This document shows, one piece after another, positions 35,738 to 45,119 of a stretch of DNA of 64,000 bases. The position numbers and the translations under genes are program-made. The first letter of the stretch is position 1, and each line of letters begins with the position of its first letter. Where the stretch lies: the IMG/VR virus record IMGVR_UViG_3300047546_001881, positions 11,717-75,716 of that record; one strand, 5' to 3'. This DNA comes from a virus. Under the pieces are notes generated by a model that was not told where the DNA came from, ran no database searches, and was given only the letters and a program-made list of their open reading frames with translations.

Positions 35738-36143
35738 TATAGATAAACCAGAGATATTAAATGGTATTTGTATTGGTCCAGAACAGCTCTTAGCAGGAGA
35801 GGTTGAACCAGTAATCGTTGATAAAACTTGGGGAAGGGAACTCATCTATGCAAATGATGAAAGATATTGCGCTAAGGTTTTACATATCGAACCAGGACAA
35901 GGTACTTCTCTTCACTTCCATATTAACAAGCATGAGACCATGCTTGTTATCAACGGATCTCTTCTTATTGAATACATACATGACAAGAAACTTGTAACTA
36001 AAGTAGTAGAGCCAACAGAAGCTTTTGTCATTCCTCCTGGTTTACCTCATAAGCTCTCTTCTAATAGTAAAGATACTCCAGTTACATTTGTAGAAGCATC
36101 AACCATTTCTCGCGATAGCGATTCAATTAGGATAAGCAAATGA
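35721..36143 (+). CDS. Cupin-fold sugar isomerase-like protein
   Basis: VDKTWGRE...SLHFHINKHET...IPPGLPH...EAST. Confidence 0.8.
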   Translation: MNMKNDIDKPEILNGICIGPEQLLAGEVEPVIVDKTWGRELIYANDERYCAKVLHIEPGQGTSLHFHINKHETMLVINGSLLIEYIHDKKLVTKVVEPTEAFVIPPGLPHKLSSNSKDTPVTFVEASTISRDSDSIRISK

Positions 36144-36529
36144 AAGATAGTGACCTTGGTATTTACTGTGTTAATCATAAGAAGTTCTATTATTTAGAAA
36201 GTGGTGAAGTACCTTTTCCAAATCCAATAGCTAAGTTACGTAGTACTCTTCAGCAAAGAAACTTAATTGATTTTACACCTGAAAGCTACATGGATACATC
36301 AAACTATTTAGTTAAAACTATTCGTGAAGCAAGAGCTAATAACTGGGAAATGGAACGGATCTTTGCAAGCACTTATATTAAGCAACTGTTTGCCGAAAGA
36401 GAAGCAGCTGCTACTGCTACTACAAGTACATCTGCAGAAAGCAGTTGGGGTAAAAAGCCTGTAGCTCCAGCTACAGAGACTGTTGCAACAGATAAGAAGC
36501 AAAGTAAAAAGGCAGCTTCAGCTAGCTGA
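36140..36529 (+). CDS. Hypothetical protein
   Basis: ATGA overlap; low-complexity tail. Confidence 0.65.
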   Translation: MKDSDLGIYCVNHKKFYYLESGEVPFPNPIAKLRSTLQQRNLIDFTPESYMDTSNYLVKTIREARANNWEMERIFASTYIKQLFAEREAAATATTSTSAESSWGKKPVAPATETVATDKKQSKKAASAS

Positions 36530-36537
36530 AACAGAAT

Positions 36538-37377
36538 ATGAAAAAGTTTAAAGATATAGTCTTTGCTATTAATCTTACTATTATATTAATTACTTTTTCT
36601 TTTGTTGCTGGAATCTTCTTTCAAAAGAGGATAGGAGGTCAAAGCGGAACTACTTTAAATACTGAACCCCAAAAGGTTCAGTATCAAGAGTACGACTACG
36701 ATGATCTCCTATCCTCAATGGAAGATGAGAACTATAGACTCCAAGAGCTAATAGACTTGTATGAATCTACTCCTGAAAAGATTAAATACATAACTAAAAC
36801 TGAAACTATTATTAAAGGCGGCGAAACTGTAATTGTTCGCATTCCTGAAAACAAGATAGAATCTTATACTTTTCAGTTTGAAAACGGTATGCCAGTAGCT
36901 CTCTTTACTGCAACAGATAAAGAGTACTTATATAAAGTATACGATTTAAGTTTAACTACAGATATTCTATTAGCTGAGAAAGATGCTGTAGTTATAGTAA
37001 CTGGTGTTTCTTCTTCTGATCCTAATAAAGCTTACCAGCTACCTACTAAAGTTACATTGAAGAAAGCTGTAGAAAAGAAAAAGATCATAGATCCAAATCT
37101 TTATTTGGGTTTTACTTTTGATTTAAATAAAAACTTAGATTCTCAAGTTTATGCATCAATTGGTCTACCTTTTATACATCCAACATCAAGTTTAGATTTA
37201 GCTACTCCAAGAGTCTCGTTTAATCGAGACTCTACTAAAATTGGTTTAGATATAGCTTCCTGGAACCTTGCAGAAGAACTACCCGTACTTAATGATATAT
37301 GGGTTGGTCCTGGTGTCAGCAAGAATTTAACTGATAGTACCACTACTATAGATTTAACATTAGGAAGTAGATTTTGA
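36538..37377 (+). CDS. Membrane-anchored/secreted hypothetical protein
   Basis: N-terminal TM helix; beta-rich C-terminus ending in Phe. Confidence 0.65.
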   Translation: MKKFKDIVFAINLTIILITFSFVAGIFFQKRIGGQSGTTLNTEPQKVQYQEYDYDDLLSSMEDENYRLQELIDLYESTPEKIKYITKTETIIKGGETVIVRIPENKIESYTFQFENGMPVALFTATDKEYLYKVYDLSLTTDILLAEKDAVVIVTGVSSSDPNKAYQLPTKVTLKKAVEKKKIIDPNLYLGFTFDLNKNLDSQVYASIGLPFIHPTSSLDLATPRVSFNRDSTKIGLDIASWNLAEELPVLNDIWVGPGVSKNLTDSTTTIDLTLGSRF

Positions 37378-38120
37378 TTCCAGCAAATGCAGGCAGCTGT
37401 TTAACTGAAGGTCAGCTTAGAGCTTATTTCAAATGTTCTAAGCTGTATTCTTACGGCGAAGAACTAAAGTATGAAGATGGTACAGCAATATTAAAGTCTG
37501 CAATAGAATACTTAATTACTAGATCTTTAAAAAAGGAAATATATGATCCATTTAAAGATTTAGAATATGCAGTCATGAAATCTACAACTACTATTGCACA
37601 GAATAAAGGATTACTAGAAGGCCAAATAGATAGATTACTTCATTCCACAATCTTACATCTTAATGCCTTCTTTAAACTTTTTTCTTTTTCTACTTATCAT
37701 CCTGTAATTGGTCCGCTAACTCTTAGACTAAAAGTAAGCAAGACTCCTATTACTTTAGAAGTCTCTGGTTTGTTTAGAAGCAAGAAGAATTCAACTATAC
37801 ATGCAGTATGTTTTACCCCATATGCATTAGAGCATGCAGCTCTAAATGATCCAGTTAATCTCTTGAAGATGAAAGTTCTTGAACCTTACGTAGAGAAGCA
37901 TACTCAAACTCAAAGAGCTAAAGTTAAACTTCACATCATTGGTGTTACAGAGAAAGGAACTTTTAATTACTTTACTATCGACAATAACAGTGTAAATGAT
38001 TCCTACTATAAACAAATAACTATAATGGTTAAGTGTTTAGAAGCAGGTAACTTCTACCCTGTACTACCATGCCCATGGGCATGTAAGCATAAAGCTGTTT
38101 GTTCTGGAGGAGTTAAATGA
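37374..38120 (+). CDS. Degenerate Cas4/PD-(D/E)xK-like protein
   Basis: YFKCSK and C-terminal CPWACKHKAVC; catalytic acidic residues not evident. Confidence 0.45.
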   Translation: MIPANAGSCLTEGQLRAYFKCSKLYSYGEELKYEDGTAILKSAIEYLITRSLKKEIYDPFKDLEYAVMKSTTTIAQNKGLLEGQIDRLLHSTILHLNAFFKLFSFSTYHPVIGPLTLRLKVSKTPITLEVSGLFRSKKNSTIHAVCFTPYALEHAALNDPVNLLKMKVLEPYVEKHTQTQRAKVKLHIIGVTEKGTFNYFTIDNNSVNDSYYKQITIMVKCLEAGNFYPVLPCPWACKHKAVCSGGVK

Positions 38121-38419
38121 CAAATGCTTTTGGTACCCATTTCATTGTAATTAATGATGCACAACAAGTACTTAATCCAAAGATATTTTCTGGTGGCCCT
38201 TGGCTACACTTAGTATCTTTTGTTAGAGGTTTTAAAGAGTACATCTGCTTTAAACATGTACCAACTGATCAAGTATACATAGAGTCTGTAGATCCCACTT
38301 CTCCTACTTTGTTTCAGAAGATTGAATCTAATTCAGAGTTTGAAGACGCTCAAGACTTTCTAAGACAGAAAGGTTATTTAGACTTTTCTGTTAATAAGGA
38401 ATTTAACGTTGCAAGGTAA
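38117..38419 (+). CDS. Hypothetical protein
   Basis: SD GGAG, ATGA overlap. Confidence 0.65.
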   Translation: MTNAFGTHFIVINDAQQVLNPKIFSGGPWLHLVSFVRGFKEYICFKHVPTDQVYIESVDPTSPTLFQKIESNSEFEDAQDFLRQKGYLDFSVNKEFNVAR

Positions 38420-38828
38420 AAAATGGAAGAATCAATTTAATACAATTGAGTCTGCATCTGTTTTGCACAATCATGTTAGATCTATACTTGCTAATGATTC
38501 ATTCTTTAAAAGAATGAATTGCTTTCAAGAAGTACCTGTTTCAGATTTAGTTCCAAGCTACTCTTCTAATGCACATAGAGTAGATTGGTACATTCAACAA
38601 TTAATGGCAATAATAGAAGTTCACGGTAAGCAACATTACGACTTACAGAACTTTGGAAACAAACCATACATTGAAGCACTAAAAGACTTCAATAATGGTA
38701 AGTATAGAGACAATATGAAAAAGACTGCTTTAATTGAAGCAGGCTTTATCTATGTAGAAGTTCCATACAACTTAGTTAAGAAGCTAACTGGTCCTTCTCT
38801 GAAAGAATTAATACTTAGCTTAAGGTGA
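38409..38828 (+). CDS. Vsr/DUF559-like endonuclease
   Basis: QE...RVDWYI...IIEVHGKQHY...RDNMKK...VEVPY. Confidence 0.75.
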   Translation: MQGKKWKNQFNTIESASVLHNHVRSILANDSFFKRMNCFQEVPVSDLVPSYSSNAHRVDWYIQQLMAIIEVHGKQHYDLQNFGNKPYIEALKDFNNGKYRDNMKKTALIEAGFIYVEVPYNLVKKLTGPSLKELILSLR

Positions 38829-38831
38829 TAA

Positions 38832-39221
38832 ATGGCAAGTAGAGGAAGAGGCGCTAGAGCTAAAGGCGCAAACTTTGAAAGAAGTTTAGCTAAAATAATA
38901 ACCGAATCTACATCTATAGAAGCTAGAAGAGGATTAGCTCAAACCAGAGGAGGTGGCGCTGAAGTATCTGACGTAGAAATGCCAAAGATACACATAGAAG
39001 CTAAAAGACAAAAGCGCTGCAATATTAGAGCTGCACTTGAACAAGCAATCAATGATTGCCAAGTAAATGGAAAGATTCCAGTAGCTGTTACTAAAGACGA
39101 TAGAAAAGACGCATTAGTAACAATGCGTCTTGATGACTGGCTTCCTATGCTTGATGCATATCTGGAACAAGATGTACAAGAAGCTACCAACAAATCAGAA
39201 ACCACTGATAGCGAGTCCTGA
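38832..39221 (+). CDS. Hjc-like Holliday junction resolvase (PD-(D/E)xK)
   Basis: KGANFER...SDV...IEAKRQ. Confidence 0.8.
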   Translation: MASRGRGARAKGANFERSLAKIITESTSIEARRGLAQTRGGGAEVSDVEMPKIHIEAKRQKRCNIRAALEQAINDCQVNGKIPVAVTKDDRKDALVTMRLDDWLPMLDAYLEQDVQEATNKSETTDSES

Positions 39222-39849
39222 TGCAGATGAATTTGCTGCAGAATGGAAAGCTAAATGTGTTAATAAAAAGTCTGATTTAACTAGATTATATGAACTCATC
39301 CTTCCCACGTTTAAAGCGTGGGAAGAGATGTTAGTTTCTGGCACCTATTCTAAGGATATTAATATCTTTACGATGGTTAGGTTATTGTCTTCAGATCCAC
39401 ATATTTCAGACATGAAGATTAAAGCTTGGATTAAAGAAACAAAGATTAAGTCATCTATAGTAGATGAACTTACAATGTTATTCATGACTACTATGAGAAG
39501 ATATAGATTTGTTTCTCAAACAAATTCTTCTAATATGGTTGAGTATATTGTAATCAGAGATATAAAATTTGCTTTAAAGGACTTGATCAATAGTTCTTGG
39601 GCAAGAGTAAAGCATCGAAAATCTTTCGGCTATTACTTAAAAGGAGAATACGAAGACTCTTATTATCAGGAGTTGCCCGATTACTTCCTTTTATATATAC
39701 TTAGAAAAGATCGTTGGCTTAACTATTTGTCTACCTTAATCCTTGAAGGATATACTACTTACGAAAGATCAGACATAGTTCAAATTAAAAGACAGAACTT
39801 ATTTGCAGAGGAAAAGAAATTATGGCTCTTACTAAAAGACAAGCTATAG
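39172..39849 (+). CDS. Hypothetical protein, possible divergent sigma-like factor
   Basis: C-terminal LEGYTTYERSDIVQIKRQNL resembles the sigma region-4 HTH; start moved to ATG 39172. Confidence 0.4.
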   Translation: MYKKLPTNQKPLIASPDADEFAAEWKAKCVNKKSDLTRLYELILPTFKAWEEMLVSGTYSKDINIFTMVRLLSSDPHISDMKIKAWIKETKIKSSIVDELTMLFMTTMRRYRFVSQTNSSNMVEYIVIRDIKFALKDLINSSWARVKHRKSFGYYLKGEYEDSYYQELPDYFLLYILRKDRWLNYLSTLILEGYTTYERSDIVQIKRQNLFAEEKKLWLLLKDKL

Positions 39850-40319
39850 AGTTTGAAAGTTCACCTAACATGGTTAGTAACCAGCAAGCTCTTGTTAAAA
39901 GAATTATTAACAGCGAACCAAGAACTACTATAAAGAGAGTAATACCTGGTGGCGCAACTATTACTGAGGACATCTCAGAGAAAGCACTTGCACCTACTAT
40001 CTATACTTGGCTTAGACATTGTGCTCACTTTACTGAAGCTACAATTTCTTTTGCTAAAGATCCCTCAACTATTCATTGTTCAAAAGCTAAAGTTGTAGAC
40101 TTTCAGACTACATCTAAGTATACAGAGTGGGAGCAAAGAGGTAAGCGCTGGCTTTCTGAACGAGTAGCAGATATCATTACTCGTAAGGGAGTTGTCTCTG
40201 TAGAGATTAAGAAAGATGGCATCTATCTAAATGTAGATAAGACCAACTCTTTCAATGCAGCTCACGAAGACTGGGAACCATATGTAGAGTTCTCTCCTTT
40301 CAAACCACCACAGTTTTAG
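39822..40319 (+). CDS. Hypothetical protein
   Basis: SD GAGG. Confidence 0.7.
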   Translation: MALTKRQAIEFESSPNMVSNQQALVKRIINSEPRTTIKRVIPGGATITEDISEKALAPTIYTWLRHCAHFTEATISFAKDPSTIHCSKAKVVDFQTTSKYTEWEQRGKRWLSERVADIITRKGVVSVEIKKDGIYLNVDKTNSFNAAHEDWEPYVEFSPFKPPQF

Positions 40320-40327
40320 GAATCAAT

Positions 40328-40606
40328 ATGCAGTCAAAGTCTTTTCTTAATCTAGAAAAACAGATTAGAGCCGAAGTTAAAGAACTAAAAGAGAAGCTAA
40401 ATTCTTTGTCATCAGCCGCTGCTGAGGCAGCAGCTGAAGTAGCAGAAAAGGTAGTTGTTCCAGATCTAACAAAAGAGCTAGAAGCAGCTACACTTGCTAA
40501 CGAAGAGCTAAAGAAAGAGAACACTTCACTAAAGAAGAAAGTCGCTACTCTTGAAAAGAAAGTAGAATCTCTAACTGCTGAAGTTAAAGAACTAAAAGCT
40601 TCTTGA
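40328..40606 (+). CDS. Small coiled-coil protein
   Basis: Heptad repeats; SD AGGA. Confidence 0.7.
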   Translation: MQSKSFLNLEKQIRAEVKELKEKLNSLSSAAAEAAAEVAEKVVVPDLTKELEAATLANEELKKENTSLKKKVATLEKKVESLTAEVKELKAS

Positions 40607-40625
40607 TAAACAAGTAGCACAAATT

Positions 40626-40659
40626 AAGAAACCAGTCGTAATGACTGGTTTCTTTTTTT
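40626..40659. terminator. Bidirectional terminator at the convergence of the + and - blocks
   Basis: AAGAAACCAGTC-GTAAT-GACTGGTTTCTT-TTTTT. Confidence 0.85.
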
Positions 40660-40669
40660 ATGAACTCAT

Positions 40670-40894
40670 TTATGTTAGTGGCTCTTCTTCTATTGCAGTT
40701 ACTCTTTCTTCTAAAGCATCTAGTTTAACCATTACTTCTTGCTGTTTAGTTTGACTAATAACTAGTAGCTCGTGTACCTGACTTACACTTGCTAATCTTG
40801 ATATAGCAACGATTGCATCGTTAAGAGTATTTTCTAGAGCAGTAATACGAGATAAAAGATTATTGTATTTACTTTCTGTTAAGGTAAAAGACAT
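40670..40894 (-). CDS. Small coiled-coil protein
   Basis: ORF, TAATG coupling. Confidence 0.65.
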   Translation of the reverse strand: MSFTLTESKYNNLLSRITALENTLNDAIVAISRLASVSQVHELLVISQTKQQEVMVKLDALEERVTAIEEEPLT

Positions 40895-41253
40895 TAAGAC
40901 TCCAGTAGCTTTTTAAGTACTTCTATTGAAATAGCAACAGCGCCACCACCAACTCCACCATAAGCTAACTTCTCTGCAAATGTAACTTGAAGTGTAGTCA
41001 TATCTGATTCAAGTTTAGTTACTTTAGTTTCTATCTTACCTATATCACTCTTGACTTGATCTAATGACTGATTAGTTAGTGCTTGCTTAGATTTAGTTTC
41101 ACTATAGTGACTAATCATATCATCTATCTTTTTAGATAGATTATCCAAGCTATTATCTATTTTGTTTTCAATAGTAGTAAGTCGATATGTTAGTAAGTTA
41201 ACTTCAATCTTGAAGTCTGAAATATCTTGCTGAGATTCGTTTGAATTAGACAT
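40894..41253 (-). CDS. Coiled-coil protein with a C-terminal Gly-rich hydrophobic segment (holin/XhlA-like architecture)
   Basis: Heptads followed by GGVGGGAVAISI. Confidence 0.5.
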   Translation of the reverse strand: MSNSNESQQDISDFKIEVNLLTYRLTTIENKIDNSLDNLSKKIDDMISHYSETKSKQALTNQSLDQVKSDIGKIETKVTKLESDMTTLQVTFAEKLAYGGVGGGAVAISIEVLKKLLES

Positions 41254-41662
41254 CGTCTATCTCTTCCAGAGTGCTAAGAGTTGAATCTATCTTGGCAAAC
41301 TTTACATCAAACTCTTCTTTTATTTTATTGCTTTCATTAATAAAGTAAAAAAGATGTTCGATATTAGATACATGAAAAGCTTTATCATCTACAAAGAGAT
41401 CTGCATTTGGTTTACCAAAATAGATTTCGTCGTAAACAAAGCCCCATTCATCTAATTGTTCAAGAGTTAATTTGCCAATATTTTTAACGCAAACCCCTTG
41501 GTTAGAAGAGGCAGTAGCCATTCCTCTGGCAGTCTGAATTATAATAGTATGGTTCTCTTCTTTCAACTTTAACAGAAGCTCTTTAATACCTGGGAACGGA
41601 CTTGCAGTTTCGTAAGGCTTACCAGTACACAAAGTATTATCTAAATCAAAACAAATTCTCAC
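41246..41662 (-). CDS. HAD-superfamily phosphatase (capsule-biosynthesis type)
   Basis: CFDLDNTL, TARG, GKPNADLFVDDK; GTG 41662 with SD AAGGAG. Confidence 0.85.
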   Translation of the reverse strand: MRICFDLDNTLCTGKPYETASPFPGIKELLLKLKEENHTIIIQTARGMATASSNQGVCVKNIGKLTLEQLDEWGFVYDEIYFGKPNADLFVDDKAFHVSNIEHLFYFINESNKIKEEFDVKFAKIDSTLSTLEEIDDV

Positions 41663-41752
41663 AGCAGCTCCTTTGCTAGTAAATAGCTTAGCTATTGCTA
41701 TAAGAATTATTCTAAACAATAACTACCTTAATATAATAGGTGTAAAAGAATT

Positions 41753-42073
41753 ATGAAACAATCTGTCATAGATATAAAGCTTCTAAATTTAGAAGATAAG
41801 TTAGAAAACTTTGCAACAAGAATTAGTAATAATAATTACATTACTGAAATTGATTCTTCTCATTACAAAGCTTTAGAAATACTATTTGATGAATACGGTC
41901 CTGAAGGTAGAACCTTTGCAGATGCTTTTGAAGGTTCAGATCTTTATTACACTTTATTAGACTTATATCAAAGCTTAAAACTTAATCGTAGTTCACGTTT
42001 AGTAAAAGACTTACATTTGATTCAAAAAGATTATAACGAAATACTTGAAGACCTATTAGATGGTAAAGAATAA
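41753..42073 (+). CDS. Hypothetical protein
   Basis: ORF with SD AGGTG. Confidence 0.6.
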   Translation: MKQSVIDIKLLNLEDKLENFATRISNNNYITEIDSSHYKALEILFDEYGPEGRTFADAFEGSDLYYTLLDLYQSLKLNRSSRLVKDLHLIQKDYNEILEDLLDGKE

Positions 42074-42074
42074 G

Positions 42075-43067
42075 ATGAAGTCTAATTATATTACAGTCAT
42101 TACTGGTGTTACTGGACAAGATGGAAGTTACTTAGCAGAGTTACTACTAAAGTTTGGTTATACAGTAGTTGGTATTACAAGGCGTAAGAGCGTTAATTCT
42201 GGACTTGAAAATCTAACTAATGTAATAAATGATCCAAGATTTACATTGATTGAAGGAGACATTCTAGATCCAAGCTTCATTGTTAATGTTGTAACCAAGT
42301 ACAAGCCTGCTGATTGGTATAATCTTGCGGCCCAATCAAACGTTGGTCATTCTTTTAAAGAACCTTCTTTAACTTTTGAAGTTAATGCTAATGCAGTTCT
42401 AATACAACTAGAAGCTATTAGAATGTTTAGTCCAAGTACACGTTACTACCAAGCATCAACCAGTGAGCTTTGGGGAGGCCTCCAGTGTCCTAAAACTGGT
42501 TATAACGAGTCAATGGGCTTTCATCCTAGATCGCCTTACGGTGTATCTAAACTAGCTTCATATTGGACTGTAGTTAATTATAGAGAAGCTTATGGACTCT
42601 TTGCTTGTAACGGAATACTACATAACCATTCCTCTCCACGAAGAGGAATAGATTTTGCTACTAGAAAAATAACTCATGGAGTAGCAAAGGTAAAGCTGGG
42701 ACTAGCAGATCATGTAGCTATGGGTGATCTATCAGCTTTTAGAGATGAGGGGCACTCAAAAGATTATGTAGAAGCTATGTGGCTAATGTTAACTGCAGAG
42801 CAACCTGCAGACTACGTCATTTCTACTGGCAGAGGAGCTTCTATATTTCAAATGTTTGACTTTGTTTGCAATTTAGCAGGTCTAAGATTTGAAGACGTTT
42901 ACAGAGTTGACCAGCGTTTTATGAGGCCTTCCGAAGTTCCTTATTTGCTGGGAGATTCTACTCTAGCCAAAAGAGAACTTAAATGGAGGCCAACTTATTC
43001 TTGGGAAACTTTATTAGAAGAAATGTATCTTAACGATCTTAAACTATTAACTTCTAATAATCTCTAA
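42075..43067 (+). CDS. gmd: GDP-mannose 4,6-dehydratase
   Basis: TGVTGQDGSYLAE, NLAAQS, QASTSE, PRSPYGVSK, TRKIT, RPSEV. Confidence 0.95.
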   Translation: MKSNYITVITGVTGQDGSYLAELLLKFGYTVVGITRRKSVNSGLENLTNVINDPRFTLIEGDILDPSFIVNVVTKYKPADWYNLAAQSNVGHSFKEPSLTFEVNANAVLIQLEAIRMFSPSTRYYQASTSELWGGLQCPKTGYNESMGFHPRSPYGVSKLASYWTVVNYREAYGLFACNGILHNHSSPRRGIDFATRKITHGVAKVKLGLADHVAMGDLSAFRDEGHSKDYVEAMWLMLTAEQPADYVISTGRGASIFQMFDFVCNLAGLRFEDVYRVDQRFMRPSEVPYLLGDSTLAKRELKWRPTYSWETLLEEMYLNDLKLLTSNNL

Positions 43068-45119
43068 TAATCTTCTTGCTGTGTGGGTATAAGTCTCATT
43101 AGCTCTTATCCAATCCGCACAAGCAATCCCTCTCTCTTGTAATAGAACTCTATCTTCTGCAGCTTCTAATATCCTGTCTTTCAAAGACAGGATATCTGGC
43201 TCTGCCCAAGAACCAAAATCATTAGATTCATTGTTGTAAGCTTTGAGTACTGGAATGGTTGAATAATAACTGGCTTCTTTTAACTCATACTTAACTGAGT
43301 AGTTGAAGTCTAAGTTCATTATTGATTGTAAGCCTGCAAAATTTGCTGCAATAACAGGCATACCGGTACTCATTGCTTCTCTTTGTGGAAGTCCATAGCC
43401 TTCACCTTTAGTTGGACTTAGTAAGCAATCGCAGGAATGCACGAGATCAACCAGCATAGCTGTATTGTACTTCCAAGATATAATTTCAATATTCTTTAGA
43501 TAGCGGTATTCTACTGGAATATCACCATCTGTTAGTTTTAAAACTAACTCTATATTTGGATTCTCTTTGCTTGCTAAAGAAAAAGCTTCTAAAGCAGCTC
43601 TGTAATTCTTTCTTTCATACTCCCAATGGGAGTTAGCAAAAAGTAAGAATCTGACAGCTTTATTAGTTTTTCTTTTCTTGTATATCCATATCTTTTCATT
43701 TACACCTAATGAACATATCTCTATAGGTACTGCAGTTCCTTGGTTTTGAAAAGCAATTTTATTTTGTTCGCAAGGTACTATAAGTCTATCAAAAAGATTA
43801 ATAGTTGGAATCCAAGTGCTTGGTGGCTTGGTAGTTTCCCACATAGTGAAACAGCTTTTAGTAAGAGATGAATTAAATTCTTCTTTCCAGGAAGGTAGAG
43901 AGTAGTAGATTAAATGCTTCCCTTTATCTTTTGAAATTAACTTTTCAGATTCATTACCAATGAAATCTCTCCAATCACTTGCTTGTTCTTCAGCATTCCA
44001 AGATACAGAAGTAAGGCGCCCAAGGTGAACTGCTATTTGTTCAGCAGAACTTCCATAGCCATCAACAGGAGAAAGCACTGAAGAAAAAATTATTTCTTTT
44101 CTAAAGTTGTTAGCTTTGGTCCACGCTTTATCAAATACTTTCTTTGCTGGTATATCAGACATACATTTGAAATTAATATTGCACTGTTTATACCAGCAAC
44201 CTAAACATCCTAAGTTAACAGCAGTTACTGCTTCGTGACTAGGGTAATGATTGATTCTTGCTTGGGGAGGAATAGAGCCAAATAAAGCTATAGTAGGTAT
44301 TTGGAGTGCACCTGCCAAATGCATTGGTCCAGTATCTGGAGTAACAAAGCTATGGCATCTCTCGATAAGAGATGCCATCTTTCTAACAGTAGTATTGCTG
44401 CAGTCTATTACAAAATCTAAAGACTTTAAATCTGAGTATTCATTTTGAAAATCAAATAAAAGAATCTTAGCAACTGCAGATTTTTCTTTTACCAGTTCTA
44501 CAAACTTAAGAACTTCTTCTCGAGCCCAAGATCTTTTGTGTTCGTTAGAGCTTGGACATAAACCTATTAGGATCTTTCCAAAAGTATTTCTATCTTTTAG
44601 ATAGTTAATTGCCCATTCCCTTTCATCTGATTCTACTTTATAGAAAGGTAAAGGATTATTTAGCTCTTTAATTCCTAAAGCATTAGCAAATATATCAATT
44701 CTATTCTTTGGTTTGAATTGAGTATTCTCATAAGCAATACAAACAGAAGATATATCTACAACTTTGCTGTATTTGTTTCTATCAACATATCTAGCATCTA
44801 TTAGGTTATCTATAAAAGGTGCATTCTTTAGCATCTCTTTATAAGAGCAATCCCAGGTACTGTGCATATCTACGGCTACAGTAATCTTTAAATCTGGATA
44901 CTTTTCTTTTAAAGCTCGAATACCGGGAGTGATCATTAGCACATCACCTATACCTCCAACTGATCTTATTATGCATATGTGACCAGAAGAAGGTACTGAT
45001 GTGCTTTTCAAGACAAAAGATTGATTACTAATAACATTTGCGCCCCGAGTCTCTGCTACAACTACTTGGGGTTTTAGCAAGTTATTGTTTTTATCTTTTG
45101 TATATCTTCTAAATGTCAT
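43047..45119 (-). CDS. Fused glycosyltransferase: GT9 (heptosyltransferase-like) plus GT4
   Basis: GGIGDVLM...DTGPMHLAGAL...CLGCW..QC...CM (GT9); MWETT...RKN...GEGYGLPQREAMSTG (GT4). Confidence 0.9.
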   Translation of the reverse strand: MTFRRYTKDKNNNLLKPQVVVAETRGANVISNQSFVLKSTSVPSSGHICIIRSVGGIGDVLMITPGIRALKEKYPDLKITVAVDMHSTWDCSYKEMLKNAPFIDNLIDARYVDRNKYSKVVDISSVCIAYENTQFKPKNRIDIFANALGIKELNNPLPFYKVESDEREWAINYLKDRNTFGKILIGLCPSSNEHKRSWAREEVLKFVELVKEKSAVAKILLFDFQNEYSDLKSLDFVIDCSNTTVRKMASLIERCHSFVTPDTGPMHLAGALQIPTIALFGSIPPQARINHYPSHEAVTAVNLGCLGCWYKQCNINFKCMSDIPAKKVFDKAWTKANNFRKEIIFSSVLSPVDGYGSSAEQIAVHLGRLTSVSWNAEEQASDWRDFIGNESEKLISKDKGKHLIYYSLPSWKEEFNSSLTKSCFTMWETTKPPSTWIPTINLFDRLIVPCEQNKIAFQNQGTAVPIEICSLGVNEKIWIYKKRKTNKAVRFLLFANSHWEYERKNYRAALEAFSLASKENPNIELVLKLTDGDIPVEYRYLKNIEIISWKYNTAMLVDLVHSCDCLLSPTKGEGYGLPQREAMSTGMPVIAANFAGLQSIMNLDFNYSVKYELKEASYYSTIPVLKAYNNESNDFGSWAEPDILSLKDRILEAAEDRVLLQERGIACADWIRANETYTHTARRLLEIIRS

